A stretch of DNA of 64,000 nt from Candidatus Gottesmanbacteria bacterium (GTDB lineage: Bacteria > Patescibacteriota > Microgenomatia > UBA10105 > UBA927), in assembly GCA_963701185.1 (NCBI GenBank), contig OY969569.1:447054-511053 (forward strand), given 5' to 3'. A program made the translations under genes and the position numbers. Shown here one piece after another: positions 8,828 through 16,905 of the stretch. Below the pieces are notes generated by a model. The model worked only from the letters and a program-made list of their open reading frames with translations, was not told the DNA's origin and did no database searches. Within the stretch, counting starts at the first letter, position 1. Each line of letters begins with the position of its first letter.

Positions 8828-9553
8828 ATGAATCCCTCTCATCCGACGGCGGACTCTGCCATTTCCGCCGCACTTGCCCAGGATTGGAAAGAGGCTATCC
8901 GCATTAATCTTGCGATCCTCAAATCCGATAAAGGAGACCTCGAGGCTCTATGCCGTCTGGCATTTGCCTACCTCAAAACCGGCCAGCTGCTTGCCGCAAA
9001 ACGAACCTATCAAAAAGTGCTCGGGTTGGACAAATACAACCAAATCGCAACAAAGAATCTCAAAAAAATGATTTCTCTTAAAAAAAAGGACATGGCAAAC
9101 GAAGCGTGCACGTTCATGTCGCCGATGATATTCCTGGAAGAACCCGGTAAAACGAAAATTGTTGAATGCGTTCATGTTGCGCCTTCCCATGTGCTCTCTA
9201 CTCTTTCTGCAGGGCAGGAAGTATTTTTGAAACCGAAACAGCATGGAATCGAAGTGCGTACCAGTAATCAGACTTATGTCGCGGCGCTTCCTGACGACAT
9301 GTCGTTTAAGCTCAATAAAATGATGTCTGCCGGCAATACCTACCAGACAATCGTGAAGGGCGTGGAGAAAAAATCCGTGAAGGTCATGCTGCGGGAATTA
9401 ACCCGGGGCAAGCGTTTCGCCAGCCAGCCGTCGTTTACCAGTACCACGAGCTACGTCTCGTTTGCAAAATCCGGAACCCGCGAAACGCCGGATATGACAC
9501 CGACCGGCGAAGATGCGGAGGAAGCGGCTCCGGACGAAGCCGAAGCGTCCTAA
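8828..9553 (+). CDS. TPR-containing protein
   Basis: N-terminal TPR helices (AL.RLAFAYL..G...AA...Y.KVL.LD..N). TTGACT...TACACT promoter just upstream of ATG 8828. Confidence 0.75.
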   Translation: MNPSHPTADSAISAALAQDWKEAIRINLAILKSDKGDLEALCRLAFAYLKTGQLLAAKRTYQKVLGLDKYNQIATKNLKKMISLKKKDMANEACTFMSPMIFLEEPGKTKIVECVHVAPSHVLSTLSAGQEVFLKPKQHGIEVRTSNQTYVAALPDDMSFKLNKMMSAGNTYQTIVKGVEKKSVKVMLRELTRGKRFASQPSFTSTTSYVSFAKSGTRETPDMTPTGEDAEEAAPDEAEAS

Positions 9554-10440
9554 TTTGGAATAAATCGTTTCTCATACATTTTTCCGATGCGCAAAATAAT
9601 ATCAGCACGACTCACCTTCCCCACCACACTACGACAACCTAATACCGACACGATAACCTTCGCGCTTTTGCTTTTTAGTATGGGCTCGCTCCCTGTCACG
9701 GTACATGTATTAACTTCCGGCGTGTCATTGCCGACCGTGACCACGGAGACTCCGAGATTCGTCAGAAGCCTCCCTATTCTGTTGCCCAGTGAGGGCATAC
9801 CCGTCGTATTGTAGACAGCAACCGTGACTGACTCACGCCGTACGGACTCATCTTCAAATATTGTATTGAGTTGTGCGTCCAGCCGCTGGGGATCAAGAAT
9901 TTTCACCGTCGAGCCGTCAGGCAATACCGAGTCTCCTGCTACCGCCGCCGTATCTTGCGTAAAATCATAGGTTTTAACCCGGTCGGGCCGCTCTACATCC
10001 AACATCCATGCTAAACTGATAAATGTATTGAGAGGAATATTTGTGCGATAGACGCCTCCTAAAAACCCGAAAATATTTTTTATCGAAAAAACAGACTGGG
10101 ATATATTTCCGCCCGTTTTGGAGCCGATATAGCCGGTAATCGGAATACCGAGAGCCTCGCTCATGATTTCTGACAGCACCATCCCATCTTTCTTGTCTAT
10201 TTCCCCTAGCCGCCAAAACGCGGCAAGGGAGTATGTGCCATACCCATGCGTGCCTTCTGCTGCAATATCGGCAGGAAATGAAATCAGCGTGAGCGTCCGG
10301 TCAACCTCACTCCAGGATGCAACGATCACGGGGTCAGATACGAGGACATACGTTTCGCGGCCCAACGGATTTTTTGCCCGGGGAAATAATATCCAGACCG
10401 CGACGGCAAGAACGCACAGAACAATGAAAATTCTCTTCAT
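9550..10440 (-). CDS. LCP-related protein with LytR C-terminal domain
   Basis: N-terminal TM, LISFPAD, C-terminal VAVYNTTG..SLG....LL..LG...V..GN...DIILRIG. Confidence 0.75.
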   Translation of the reverse strand: MKRIFIVLCVLAVAVWILFPRAKNPLGRETYVLVSDPVIVASWSEVDRTLTLISFPADIAAEGTHGYGTYSLAAFWRLGEIDKKDGMVLSEIMSEALGIPITGYIGSKTGGNISQSVFSIKNIFGFLGGVYRTNIPLNTFISLAWMLDVERPDRVKTYDFTQDTAAVAGDSVLPDGSTVKILDPQRLDAQLNTIFEDESVRRESVTVAVYNTTGMPSLGNRIGRLLTNLGVSVVTVGNDTPEVNTCTVTGSEPILKSKSAKVIVSVLGCRSVVGKVSRADIILRIGKMYEKRFIPN

Positions 10441-10590
10441 TTACCAATCCTTCTTGCCCTTTTTAATAATTTCTACCTGCGGCATCTGCCACGATGCAAC
10501 CCCTGCCATTTGCTTTTGCGCCTTTTTCTCGAGCACCGATTTTTTCAGTTTCTTTTTCTTCTCGTTATTGTAATCTCCGAATGACGGCAT
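10441..10590 (-). CDS. Small Lys-rich hypothetical protein (49 aa)
   Basis: Below ORF-track cutoff: MPSFGDYNNEKKKKLKK...PQVEIIKKGKKDW. Strong GAGGAGG RBS, and stop abuts next ATG. Confidence 0.65.
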   Translation of the reverse strand: MPSFGDYNNEKKKKLKKSVLEKKAQKQMAGVASWQMPQVEIIKKGKKDW

Positions 10591-10612
10591 AGTATTTCCT
10601 CCTCACTGTATT

Positions 10613-11830
10613 CTATAGCCATTTCCGCTTTAGTTCAAGAAAAGAATTCCTCCTGATACTTTCTCTAATGTCATCTACGAGCCGGTGGATAAAATGAAGA
10701 TTATGAATCGTTGCCAGCCGATATCCCAAAAGTTCTTTGACGTGAAACAGGTGATGGATGTAGGCGCGGGTAAAATGCGTGCATGTGTAGCATGCGCAGC
10801 CCTTCTCAACCGGCCCGAAATCTTCCGCAAAACCCGCTTTCGTAATATCAATAGCCCCCCGCTTTTCATACAACACACCGACTCGGGCCAATCGGGTCGG
10901 CTGGACGCAGTCAAAGGTATCCATACCGTGTTCCACAAGCGTAAAAATATCATCAACCTCCCCCACTCCCAGAAGATGGCGGGGTTTATCCTCCGGCAAA
11001 AGCGGCGTCACCCATGCCAAAACATTTTCCATTTCCTTTTTGCTTTCCCCTACCGATACGCCGCCGATGGCAATTCCGTCAAAATCCATGAAGCTGATTA
11101 CCTTCGCCGACTCCTTCCGCAAATCCTCAAACACGCTCCCTTGAATAGACCCGTACAAAGCGGTCGACGAATTTAACAAAATAGTTTTTTTGTTTTTTAA
11201 TTTTTTGTGTTCTTCCAGACTTCGTTTTGCCCATGCGTGGGTCCGATCCAAAGATTTCCGTGCTTTTTCGTGAGTTACCCCGTACGGCGTGCAGTCGTCA
11301 AACGCGATATGCATATCGCTCCCCAACTCCTCCTGCCACTTCATCGAAGATTCCGGGGTAAATATATGTTTCGTCCCGTCCCAATGGGATTGAAATTCAA
11401 CGCCGTCATCGGTAATTTTTACCATTTTTTTATTGTCATTCCCGACCTGATCGGGAATCCGCGTTTCTCCAAAAACCAATACCGATTCCCGCCTTCGCGG
11501 GAATGACATAGAAGAACGCCCGAGTGAAAAAACCTGGAACCCTCCGCTGTCCGTCATGATCGGCCGGTTCCAGTTCATAAATTTGTGCAAACCGCCGGCT
11601 TTTTTGATAACCTCAATCTCCGGCCGCAGATACATATGATACGTATTGACGAAAAACAGTTGAACACCAATTGTATTCAATTCTTCGGGTGTGAGGCTTT
11701 TGACCGTCGCCTGTGTGCCCACCGGCACAAACGCCGGGGTTTGGATATCGCCATGCGCCGTATGGATTACCCCCACCCGCGCCCGTGTTTTCTTATCTTT
11801 GTGAATCTGTTTGAAGCTAAATTCTCCCAT
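10613..11830 (-). CDS. tgt: tRNA-guanine transglycosylase
   Basis: [52 protein letters not shown] zinc site. Confidence 0.97.
   Translation of the reverse strand: MGEFSFKQIHKDKKTRARVGVIHTAHGDIQTPAFVPVGTQATVKSLTPEELNTIGVQLFFVNTYHMYLRPEIEVIKKAGGLHKFMNWNRPIMTDSGGFQVFSLGRSSMSFPRRRESVLVFGETRIPDQVGNDNKKMVKITDDGVEFQSHWDGTKHIFTPESSMKWQEELGSDMHIAFDDCTPYGVTHEKARKSLDRTHAWAKRSLEEHKKLKNKKTILLNSSTALYGSIQGSVFEDLRKESAKVISFMDFDGIAIGGVSVGESKKEMENVLAWVTPLLPEDKPRHLLGVGEVDDIFTLVEHGMDTFDCVQPTRLARVGVLYEKRGAIDITKAGFAEDFGPVEKGCACYTCTHFTRAYIHHLFHVKELLGYRLATIHNLHFIHRLVDDIRESIRRNSFLELKRKWL
11434..11508. repeat. 75-bp composite REP/dRS3-like element inserted in frame in tgt
   Basis: 11-bp terminal inverted repeats TGTCATTCCCG...CGGGAATGACA enclose two ATTCCC-N8/9-GGGAAT palindromes. 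Length 25 codons. Confidence 0.85.
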
Positions 11831-11855
11831 GTCCCCTATTTTATCACGTCCTGAA

Positions 11856-11886
11856 TTGACAAAGCAGAAAGAGAGAGAGATAGAAT
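11856..11886 (+). promoter_or_regulatory. Sigma70-type promoter with (GA)n spacer, copy 1
   Basis: TTGACA-19 nt-TAGAAT, 7 nt before ATG 11894. Confidence 0.55.
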
Positions 11887-11893
11887 TCTCCGC

Positions 11894-12190
11894 ATGGCTT
11901 CAATTGAATGTAAAAACCGATCAATTTCTGATATACAAGAATTACGACCGCCGGTTCAGGTCGATGAGACGCATGCAGTAACGATAGCTAAAGTTAGAGG
12001 AAACGGAGCACGCTCTGATGCGATTTGCATGTTGTTAACAAGAGATATTAATTCTGTTCCTTTCTGCAAAGCCCCAAGCCATTCCGAAACGGATTGCCCG
12101 GTTGCTTTATTTTATAACGGAACAATTACGTATAAAAAAGCGAACGAACTTCTGGATAAGGCGTACGGAAAACCACAAACCATTGGCTAA
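11894..12190 (+). CDS. Hypothetical Cys-containing small protein
   Basis: 98-aa ORF with promoter directly upstream. Four Cys. Confidence 0.55.
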   Translation: MASIECKNRSISDIQELRPPVQVDETHAVTIAKVRGNGARSDAICMLLTRDINSVPFCKAPSHSETDCPVALFYNGTITYKKANELLDKAYGKPQTIG

Positions 12191-12200
12191 ACTTCTACTT

Positions 12201-12479
12201 TTACGCGGGGAGGAGTTTGGTTTTGAATGCGTTGAATTCGCGGCGGGTGACAGAGTCTGTTTCCAGATCAATCACGCGGCGGCGGATATCGGAAACATCT
12301 GACGCCACATCATCAACCTTGTCTTCTACTCTCTTGAGATCTTCAGCTTTGGCTAGTTTCTTCACACCATCTTTTGTCGCGTAATCTTCCAGCGTTTTAC
12401 TTATCACAGTTGCAATTTGCGTCACAGCATCATCAATATCCCCTTTTGTTGCTGGTGCCTGAAGGTTTCTCTTTTTCAT
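12201..12479 (-). CDS. Small coiled-coil hypothetical protein (ATK.D-type repeats)
   Basis: ATKGDI/ATKDGV/AKAEDL repeats. C-terminus is duplicated at 12634-12730. Confidence 0.65.
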   Translation of the reverse strand: MKKRNLQAPATKGDIDDAVTQIATVISKTLEDYATKDGVKKLAKAEDLKRVEDKVDDVASDVSDIRRRVIDLETDSVTRREFNAFKTKLLPA

Positions 12480-12536
12480 ATCTTGTATCAAGATAGCATA
12501 TTCAAAACGAATTACAATAATACAAATTACTATATT

Positions 12537-12575
12537 CTATCCCGCGCCATGTTCGATCTTGAGGCGTGAGATCGT
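12537..12575 (-). pseudogene. 3'-terminal fragment of the kef-type antiporter gene
   Basis: Translates TISRLKIEHGAG*, versus KISRLKIEHGVG* at the end of 14113-15843. Confidence 0.8.
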
Positions 12576-12576
12576 T

Positions 12577-12604
12577 TGTTTTAATGTTTTAAAACATTAA
12601 AACA
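12577..12604. repeat. 28-bp palindrome, copy 3
   Basis: Identical to 291-318. Confidence 0.9.
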
Positions 12605-12633
12605 GGACATACGAGGAGTATCCTTGTAGGATG

Positions 12634-12854
12634 CTATGCGGGGAGAACTTTTGTTTTGAATTCTTTGAATTCGCGGCGGGTGACGGTGTCGGTTTCGAGA
12701 TCTATCACGCGCCGGCGGATATCGGAAACGTCGCCTGCGTTCCAACGGGCACAAACGCCGGGGTCTTGATGACCCCGTGAGCCGTATGTATCTCCCCCAC
12801 CCGCGCCTTTGTCTTTTTGTCTCTGTGAATCTGCCTGAAGCTGAAATCCCGCAT
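12634..12854 (-). pseudogene. Chimeric remnant: tgt 5' fragment (12729-12854) joined out of frame to a second copy of the 3' end of the 12201-12479 gene
   Basis: [42 protein letters not shown], followed in another frame by [32 protein letters not shown]. Confidence 0.85.
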
Positions 12855-12879
12855 ACAGGCTATTGTAGCACGCTTTTAA

Positions 12880-12908
12880 TTGACAAAGCAGAGAGAGAGA
12901 GGTAGATT
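12880..12908 (+). promoter_or_regulatory. Sigma70-type promoter with (GA)n spacer, copy 2
   Basis: TTGACA-17 nt-TAGATT, 7 nt before ATG 12916. Homologous to 11856-11886. Confidence 0.6.
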
Positions 12909-12915
12909 TAAACAT

Positions 12916-13299
12916 ATGAGATCAGGTGAATTCATGCAACCAAAACAAGAACTTGGGGGGGAAAGTTTAGTGAACTACTTCGCCGGAATGTTGTTTGATG
13001 AAACGATAGCCATGCAGTTCGTTAAAACGCGATCCCAAGAAGCAAAAATTTTTGAGGGCGCAGACAAAATTCTTCAAGAAAATGAAAGGATAGATCAACA
13101 TCTTAGAAATCAAGGCCTTTATTTTTATGAACCAAATGGTTCAATTTTTATGGATTACAAAAAAATGCGCGAGCGCAAATATTCTGAAGATGGGTCTTTA
13201 AGCAAATGGCAGGAGCAACATGTTAAGCCAACCATGTCCGCAGAACAAGCATTTAAAATTTGTAAAAAGGAAGTCACAACGTGGTGGGATGTTAAATAA
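12916..13299 (+). CDS. Hypothetical protein (AT-rich orphan)
   Basis: Open frame with promoter immediately upstream. No motif recognised. Confidence 0.55.
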   Translation: MRSGEFMQPKQELGGESLVNYFAGMLFDETIAMQFVKTRSQEAKIFEGADKILQENERIDQHLRNQGLYFYEPNGSIFMDYKKMRERKYSEDGSLSKWQEQHVKPTMSAEQAFKICKKEVTTWWDVK

Positions 13300-13322
13300 T
13301 ATAAATCTCGCGACAAAAAGTT

Positions 13323-13350
13323 TGTTTTAATGTTTTAAAACATTAAAACA
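13323..13350. repeat. 28-bp palindrome, copy 4
   Basis: Identical to 291-318. Confidence 0.9.
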
Positions 13351-13384
13351 TCACCTGCAAGGATACTCCTCGTAGGACGATTCA

Positions 13385-13951
13385 TTAATATTCTTTTGTT
13401 TCAATAACTTTCTTCAACAACTTTTCAACGTCGAGGATTTTTGCTTGGGTGGAAAGATATTTTTCATCTAATCTCCCTTTCTGCACTTTCAACATGCCAA
13501 CGCAGTCGCGGAAATGGCGTTCGCTCATCACCTGTTTACACCAGGATAATTTCGTAAGAATAAGATCTTCTGCGGAGACAATCGGGATTTCCAGTTGGTT
13601 GAGAGTAAGATAGCGTTTCCGTTGTTCATTTGCCTCAAATTCATGATCGGCAACAAGCCATAAATCTACTTTTGTTGTCGTTTCGGTGTGATACAGCGTA
13701 TAAAACGTCACATGTTCATTATTCAATTCAGTCGTATCCTGAACATATGTTGACGGAAGAGAGAAAAGTGCGCGTATCAATTGTTTTTTCGCTTTTTCCT
13801 CTATTTCCAATACAAAATCGATGTCGTGTGTCGCACGCGGATACCCATAGGAAGATACTGCGAAACTCCCCGTCAGGAGATACGGAACGTTGAATCGGCG
13901 GAAAAGTTTTGCAAATGTAATAAGAATGTCCCGTTGGCCCTGTTCATTCAT
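13385..13951 (-). CDS. Pol-beta-like nucleotidyltransferase (DUF6036/AbiEii-like)
   Basis: YLLTGSFAVSSYG.PRATHDIDFV, VD, SAEDLILTKL, RHFRD. Confidence 0.8.
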   Translation of the reverse strand: MNEQGQRDILITFAKLFRRFNVPYLLTGSFAVSSYGYPRATHDIDFVLEIEEKAKKQLIRALFSLPSTYVQDTTELNNEHVTFYTLYHTETTTKVDLWLVADHEFEANEQRKRYLTLNQLEIPIVSAEDLILTKLSWCKQVMSERHFRDCVGMLKVQKGRLDEKYLSTQAKILDVEKLLKKVIETKEY

Positions 13952-14088
13952 GATTTTTTATTTCTTTTTTTACGCGGTGCCTCGTGCGTCCCTTTTGCGG
14001 CTAACTCCCGAACCAAATCAGAGAGCTTGAATGCTTGTTCTAGCCGTTGTTCAGGAGTAAGTTTTTGAAGAAGTATTGTTTGATTCAT
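13948..14088 (-). CDS. Small putative antitoxin-like partner (46 aa)
   Basis: Below track cutoff: MNQTILLQKLTPEQRLEQAFKLSDLVRELAA... ATGA overlap with the nucleotidyltransferase. Confidence 0.6.
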   Translation of the reverse strand: MNQTILLQKLTPEQRLEQAFKLSDLVRELAAKGTHEAPRKKRNKKS

Positions 14089-14112
14089 CAGGAGTATTAT
14101 ACACCATCACTA

Positions 14113-15843
14113 TTACCCCACCCCGTGTTCTATTTTTAATCTCGATATCTTTCTTGCGACGTCTGCCTCCGCTACACCGAAGGACGGAAGCAGGCGCTCG
14201 ACGATCGCGAGAGCCGCCTCAAACTCCGGCTGGATGACGGCGTCCACCCCCAGGGACTTGAGATATTTCTGGTCCTCCTCGTGATGCGTCCGGCAGATAA
14301 TTTTGATGCGGCGGTTAAGAGTTTGGGCATGGGCAATCACCAACTCCTGCGTATGGCGGTCCGGAATGGCGATAATAATTGCTTTCGCGTAGTCAACCTG
14401 CGCGTAATCCAACACGTTTTTGTCCGCCGGATCGCCGTACACGACCGGAATACCTTTGGCCGTCAGCGCCGCAATGGCCGCATTATTGTAATCAACAACC
14501 ACAAACGGAATCTCTGCCATGGCAAGGGCGCGGCCGATATACTTCCCCACCCTTCCATAGCCGCACAGAACGACGTGGTCCCGGTACGGAAGTTCCTCTT
14601 TGACGTCCGGCTCCTCGCGGGACGTACGGAACACCTTCGGCAGATATTTGTCCATCCATCCGTGCATGCCGTAATACAAACTGTGTCCCTGGGAAATAAA
14701 CGGGGTAGAGACCAGAATCGTAAGAAATGTCAGGGCGATAAGAAACGTATACTGATCCCGGGTCAGGGCGCCCAAGACCCAGCCCTGGCTTGCGATAATA
14801 AAACCGAACTCACTCATTTGGACAAGTCCAACCGCAACAAGAAAAGAGGTTTTCCGGTGATATCCCATGAAACGCATGAGTCCCATGACCACAAACCATT
14901 TGACGGCAAGAATAAAAACGGTGAGAATGGCAAGCGTACCGGCTGCCCGCAGCAGGTATGCCCCCGGTATCCCCATGCCGATCGTGACAAAAAACACCAC
15001 GACAAAGAGATCCCGAAGCGGCCGTACTTCGGCAAAAATCGCATGATTCTCACTTGTTTCAGAAATGAGGAGTCCCGCCACAAACGCACCGAGGGCAGCC
15101 GACAACCCCAACACGTACGTGGTCATTGCGGACAAAAAAACCAGACCCACGGTCACCAGCATAAATATCTCGCGGTTCCCCAGTGTCGCCACTTTCCCCA
15201 GCGCCTTGGGCACAACCTTTTTCCCCAGAAAAATAATAAGAGCAAGCGCGACTGCCGCCTTGAGGAATCCCAAAGAGAGTGACGCGGCTAAACTCATTGC
15301 GCTAATATCCCCGGTATGCGCGGCTCCGATGACGGACGGCAGGATAATCATAATCGGAACGACGGCTAAATCCTGGAGAACCGACCAGCCGGTCATCATT
15401 TCACCCGGCACGGTATCCAGTTCTCCCCGCTCGGACAAAACCTTCACAATAACGGCGGTCGAAGAAAGCGATCCGGCAATAGCAATAACGAGAGACGCCA
15501 GAAACGGGAATCCGAGAAACATGCTAAATAATAAAAACAGGAAGATACACAAAAGGATCTGGGTAATGGCGGCCCACGGCAGAGTCCCCATGAGTTTCTT
15601 CAGCCGGTGAAAGGAAAACTCGACGCCCAGAGTAAAAAGAAGAAGGGTCACGCCGACATCACCGATCCCTTTCAAAAATGCGGCATCGGTGGCACGCGGA
15701 AACAGATTGCCAAAAAGGATCCCCGCGGCAATATATCCCAAAAGCGTGGGTTGTTTAAGCATTTTTGCAATTGCCCCGCCTAAAATCGCGGCGCTAAACA
15801 CAAGAAGCAAGGTAGAGATGAGTGACAGGCTATGTGCGTCCAT
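14113..15843 (-). CDS. CPA2 cation:proton antiporter with TrkA-N domain (Kef/YbaL-like)
   Basis: GV.LLLFTLGVEFS, LSSTA, QD, LGAFVAG, FFVTIGM, Q.SEFGF, CGYGRVG, YGDPAD. Confidence 0.93.
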   Translation of the reverse strand: MDAHSLSLISTLLLVFSAAILGGAIAKMLKQPTLLGYIAAGILFGNLFPRATDAAFLKGIGDVGVTLLLFTLGVEFSFHRLKKLMGTLPWAAITQILLCIFLFLLFSMFLGFPFLASLVIAIAGSLSSTAVIVKVLSERGELDTVPGEMMTGWSVLQDLAVVPIMIILPSVIGAAHTGDISAMSLAASLSLGFLKAAVALALIIFLGKKVVPKALGKVATLGNREIFMLVTVGLVFLSAMTTYVLGLSAALGAFVAGLLISETSENHAIFAEVRPLRDLFVVVFFVTIGMGIPGAYLLRAAGTLAILTVFILAVKWFVVMGLMRFMGYHRKTSFLVAVGLVQMSEFGFIIASQGWVLGALTRDQYTFLIALTFLTILVSTPFISQGHSLYYGMHGWMDKYLPKVFRTSREEPDVKEELPYRDHVVLCGYGRVGKYIGRALAMAEIPFVVVDYNNAAIAALTAKGIPVVYGDPADKNVLDYAQVDYAKAIIIAIPDRHTQELVIAHAQTLNRRIKIICRTHHEEDQKYLKSLGVDAVIQPEFEAALAIVERLLPSFGVAEADVARKISRLKIEHGVG

Positions 15844-16534
15844 GGATGATCCTATTCATATCATCCGGTATCGGCGCTTCTATTGCAAGCGTTGCCCCGC
15901 TTGCAGGGTTTGTGCACGTAAGCTTCCATGCGTGCAGCATGACGCGCGGCGCCCAAACGCGGTCGTCACGCGCGGTTTTCCGGCCCGCGTAGAGATAATC
16001 CCCGAGAATCGGGTGATTGATATATTTGAGGTGTACGCGGATCTGATGCGTGCGTCCCGACTCCGGATATAACTCAACAAAACTAAAAGCATCGTCCCCC
16101 GTACCCCATGTCTCACGTACCTTGTATTTTGTTATTGACTCTTTTCCTCCCGGCACAATGCCAAACCGCTCCCTATTCCACGGAAGCCGGCCCACGGGCG
16201 CATTAATTTCCCCGGTGTCGGGAACCAATTTTCCGTGCGCGATTGCAAGATACGTTTTATGGATAAGCCTTTCTTTAAACTGCCGCTGAAGCTCGGTAAA
16301 CGCCTCCTGTGTTTTGGCAATTAAAAGTATTCCTGATGTTTCTTTATCAATGCGGTGAACAATACCAGAGCGAATTGCAAAGTCAGATTCCCGCATACGC
16401 GGGAATGACAAACGAGAGTCCGCCCAGTCCTGCACCGTCTCCCCTTTGACCGACTCGGCGCGGTTGACGACTATTCCGGGAGGTTTATTGATGGCGAGCA
16501 TCACGTCATCTTCGAAGAGGATTGGGATATCCAT
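15830..16534 (-). CDS. RluA/RluD-family pseudouridine synthase
   Basis: INKPPG, VHRIDKETSG, GRTHQIRVH, GD.LY, LHA. Confidence 0.93.
   Translation of the reverse strand: MDIPILFEDDVMLAINKPPGIVVNRAESVKGETVQDWADSRLSFPRMRESDFAIRSGIVHRIDKETSGILLIAKTQEAFTELQRQFKERLIHKTYLAIAHGKLVPDTGEINAPVGRLPWNRERFGIVPGGKESITKYKVRETWGTGDDAFSFVELYPESGRTHQIRVHLKYINHPILGDYLYAGRKTARDDRVWAPRVMLHAWKLTCTNPASGATLAIEAPIPDDMNRIIHGRT
16386..16410. repeat. REP/dRS3-like palindrome inside the pseudouridine synthase gene
   Basis: GATTCCCGCATACGCGGGAATGACA, translated as LSFPRMRES just before the catalytic motif. Confidence 0.85.
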
Positions 16535-16536
16535 TG

Positions 16537-16905
16537 TTATTTATTATTTTTTTTGAGTTTTTCGCAGGAAAGACAGAGGGTTGCAGTGGGTAAAATTGCC
16601 AGTCGGTCCGTATCAATCATTTCGTGGCAATTGGTGCAAAATCCGTAGGTGCCCTCACCGATTCTCGCCAACGCGGAATCGATGTTCGCCAGCTTCAGCT
16701 TCAGCTCATCCAGCATTGCGGCGAACCGGTCATGGCTGGACTCTTCACTCGCCTCGGAATCGGATGCGGCGTTGTCATTTACGCGGTCCGGGTCAGAAAA
16801 CGGATCCTGCGCGGACAGATTACTCATCTCTCTGACGAGTTTCTTTTTTTCTTCTTCTAAATGTACGCGTAACTGTTCAAGCAGTTCGCTTGGAAAACTT
16901 TGCAT
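16537..16905 (-). CDS. TraR/DksA C4 zinc-finger protein
   Basis: ALARI.EGTYG.C..C...I..DRL..LP.A.LC..C. Confidence 0.92.
   Translation of the reverse strand: MQSFPSELLEQLRVHLEEEKKKLVREMSNLSAQDPFSDPDRVNDNAASDSEASEESSHDRFAAMLDELKLKLANIDSALARIGEGTYGFCTNCHEMIDTDRLAILPTATLCLSCEKLKKNNK

Noticed and set aside
12634-12915. 93-aa ORF as a real gene
   Set aside because: It reads through a promoter and an out-of-frame tgt fragment into a duplicated 3' end, so it is a chimeric remnant.
14281-15282. Long antisense ORFs (also 38863-39657, 44843-45835, 30085-30720, 3678-4289)
   Set aside because: Shadows of well-supported genes on the opposite strand, with no motifs.
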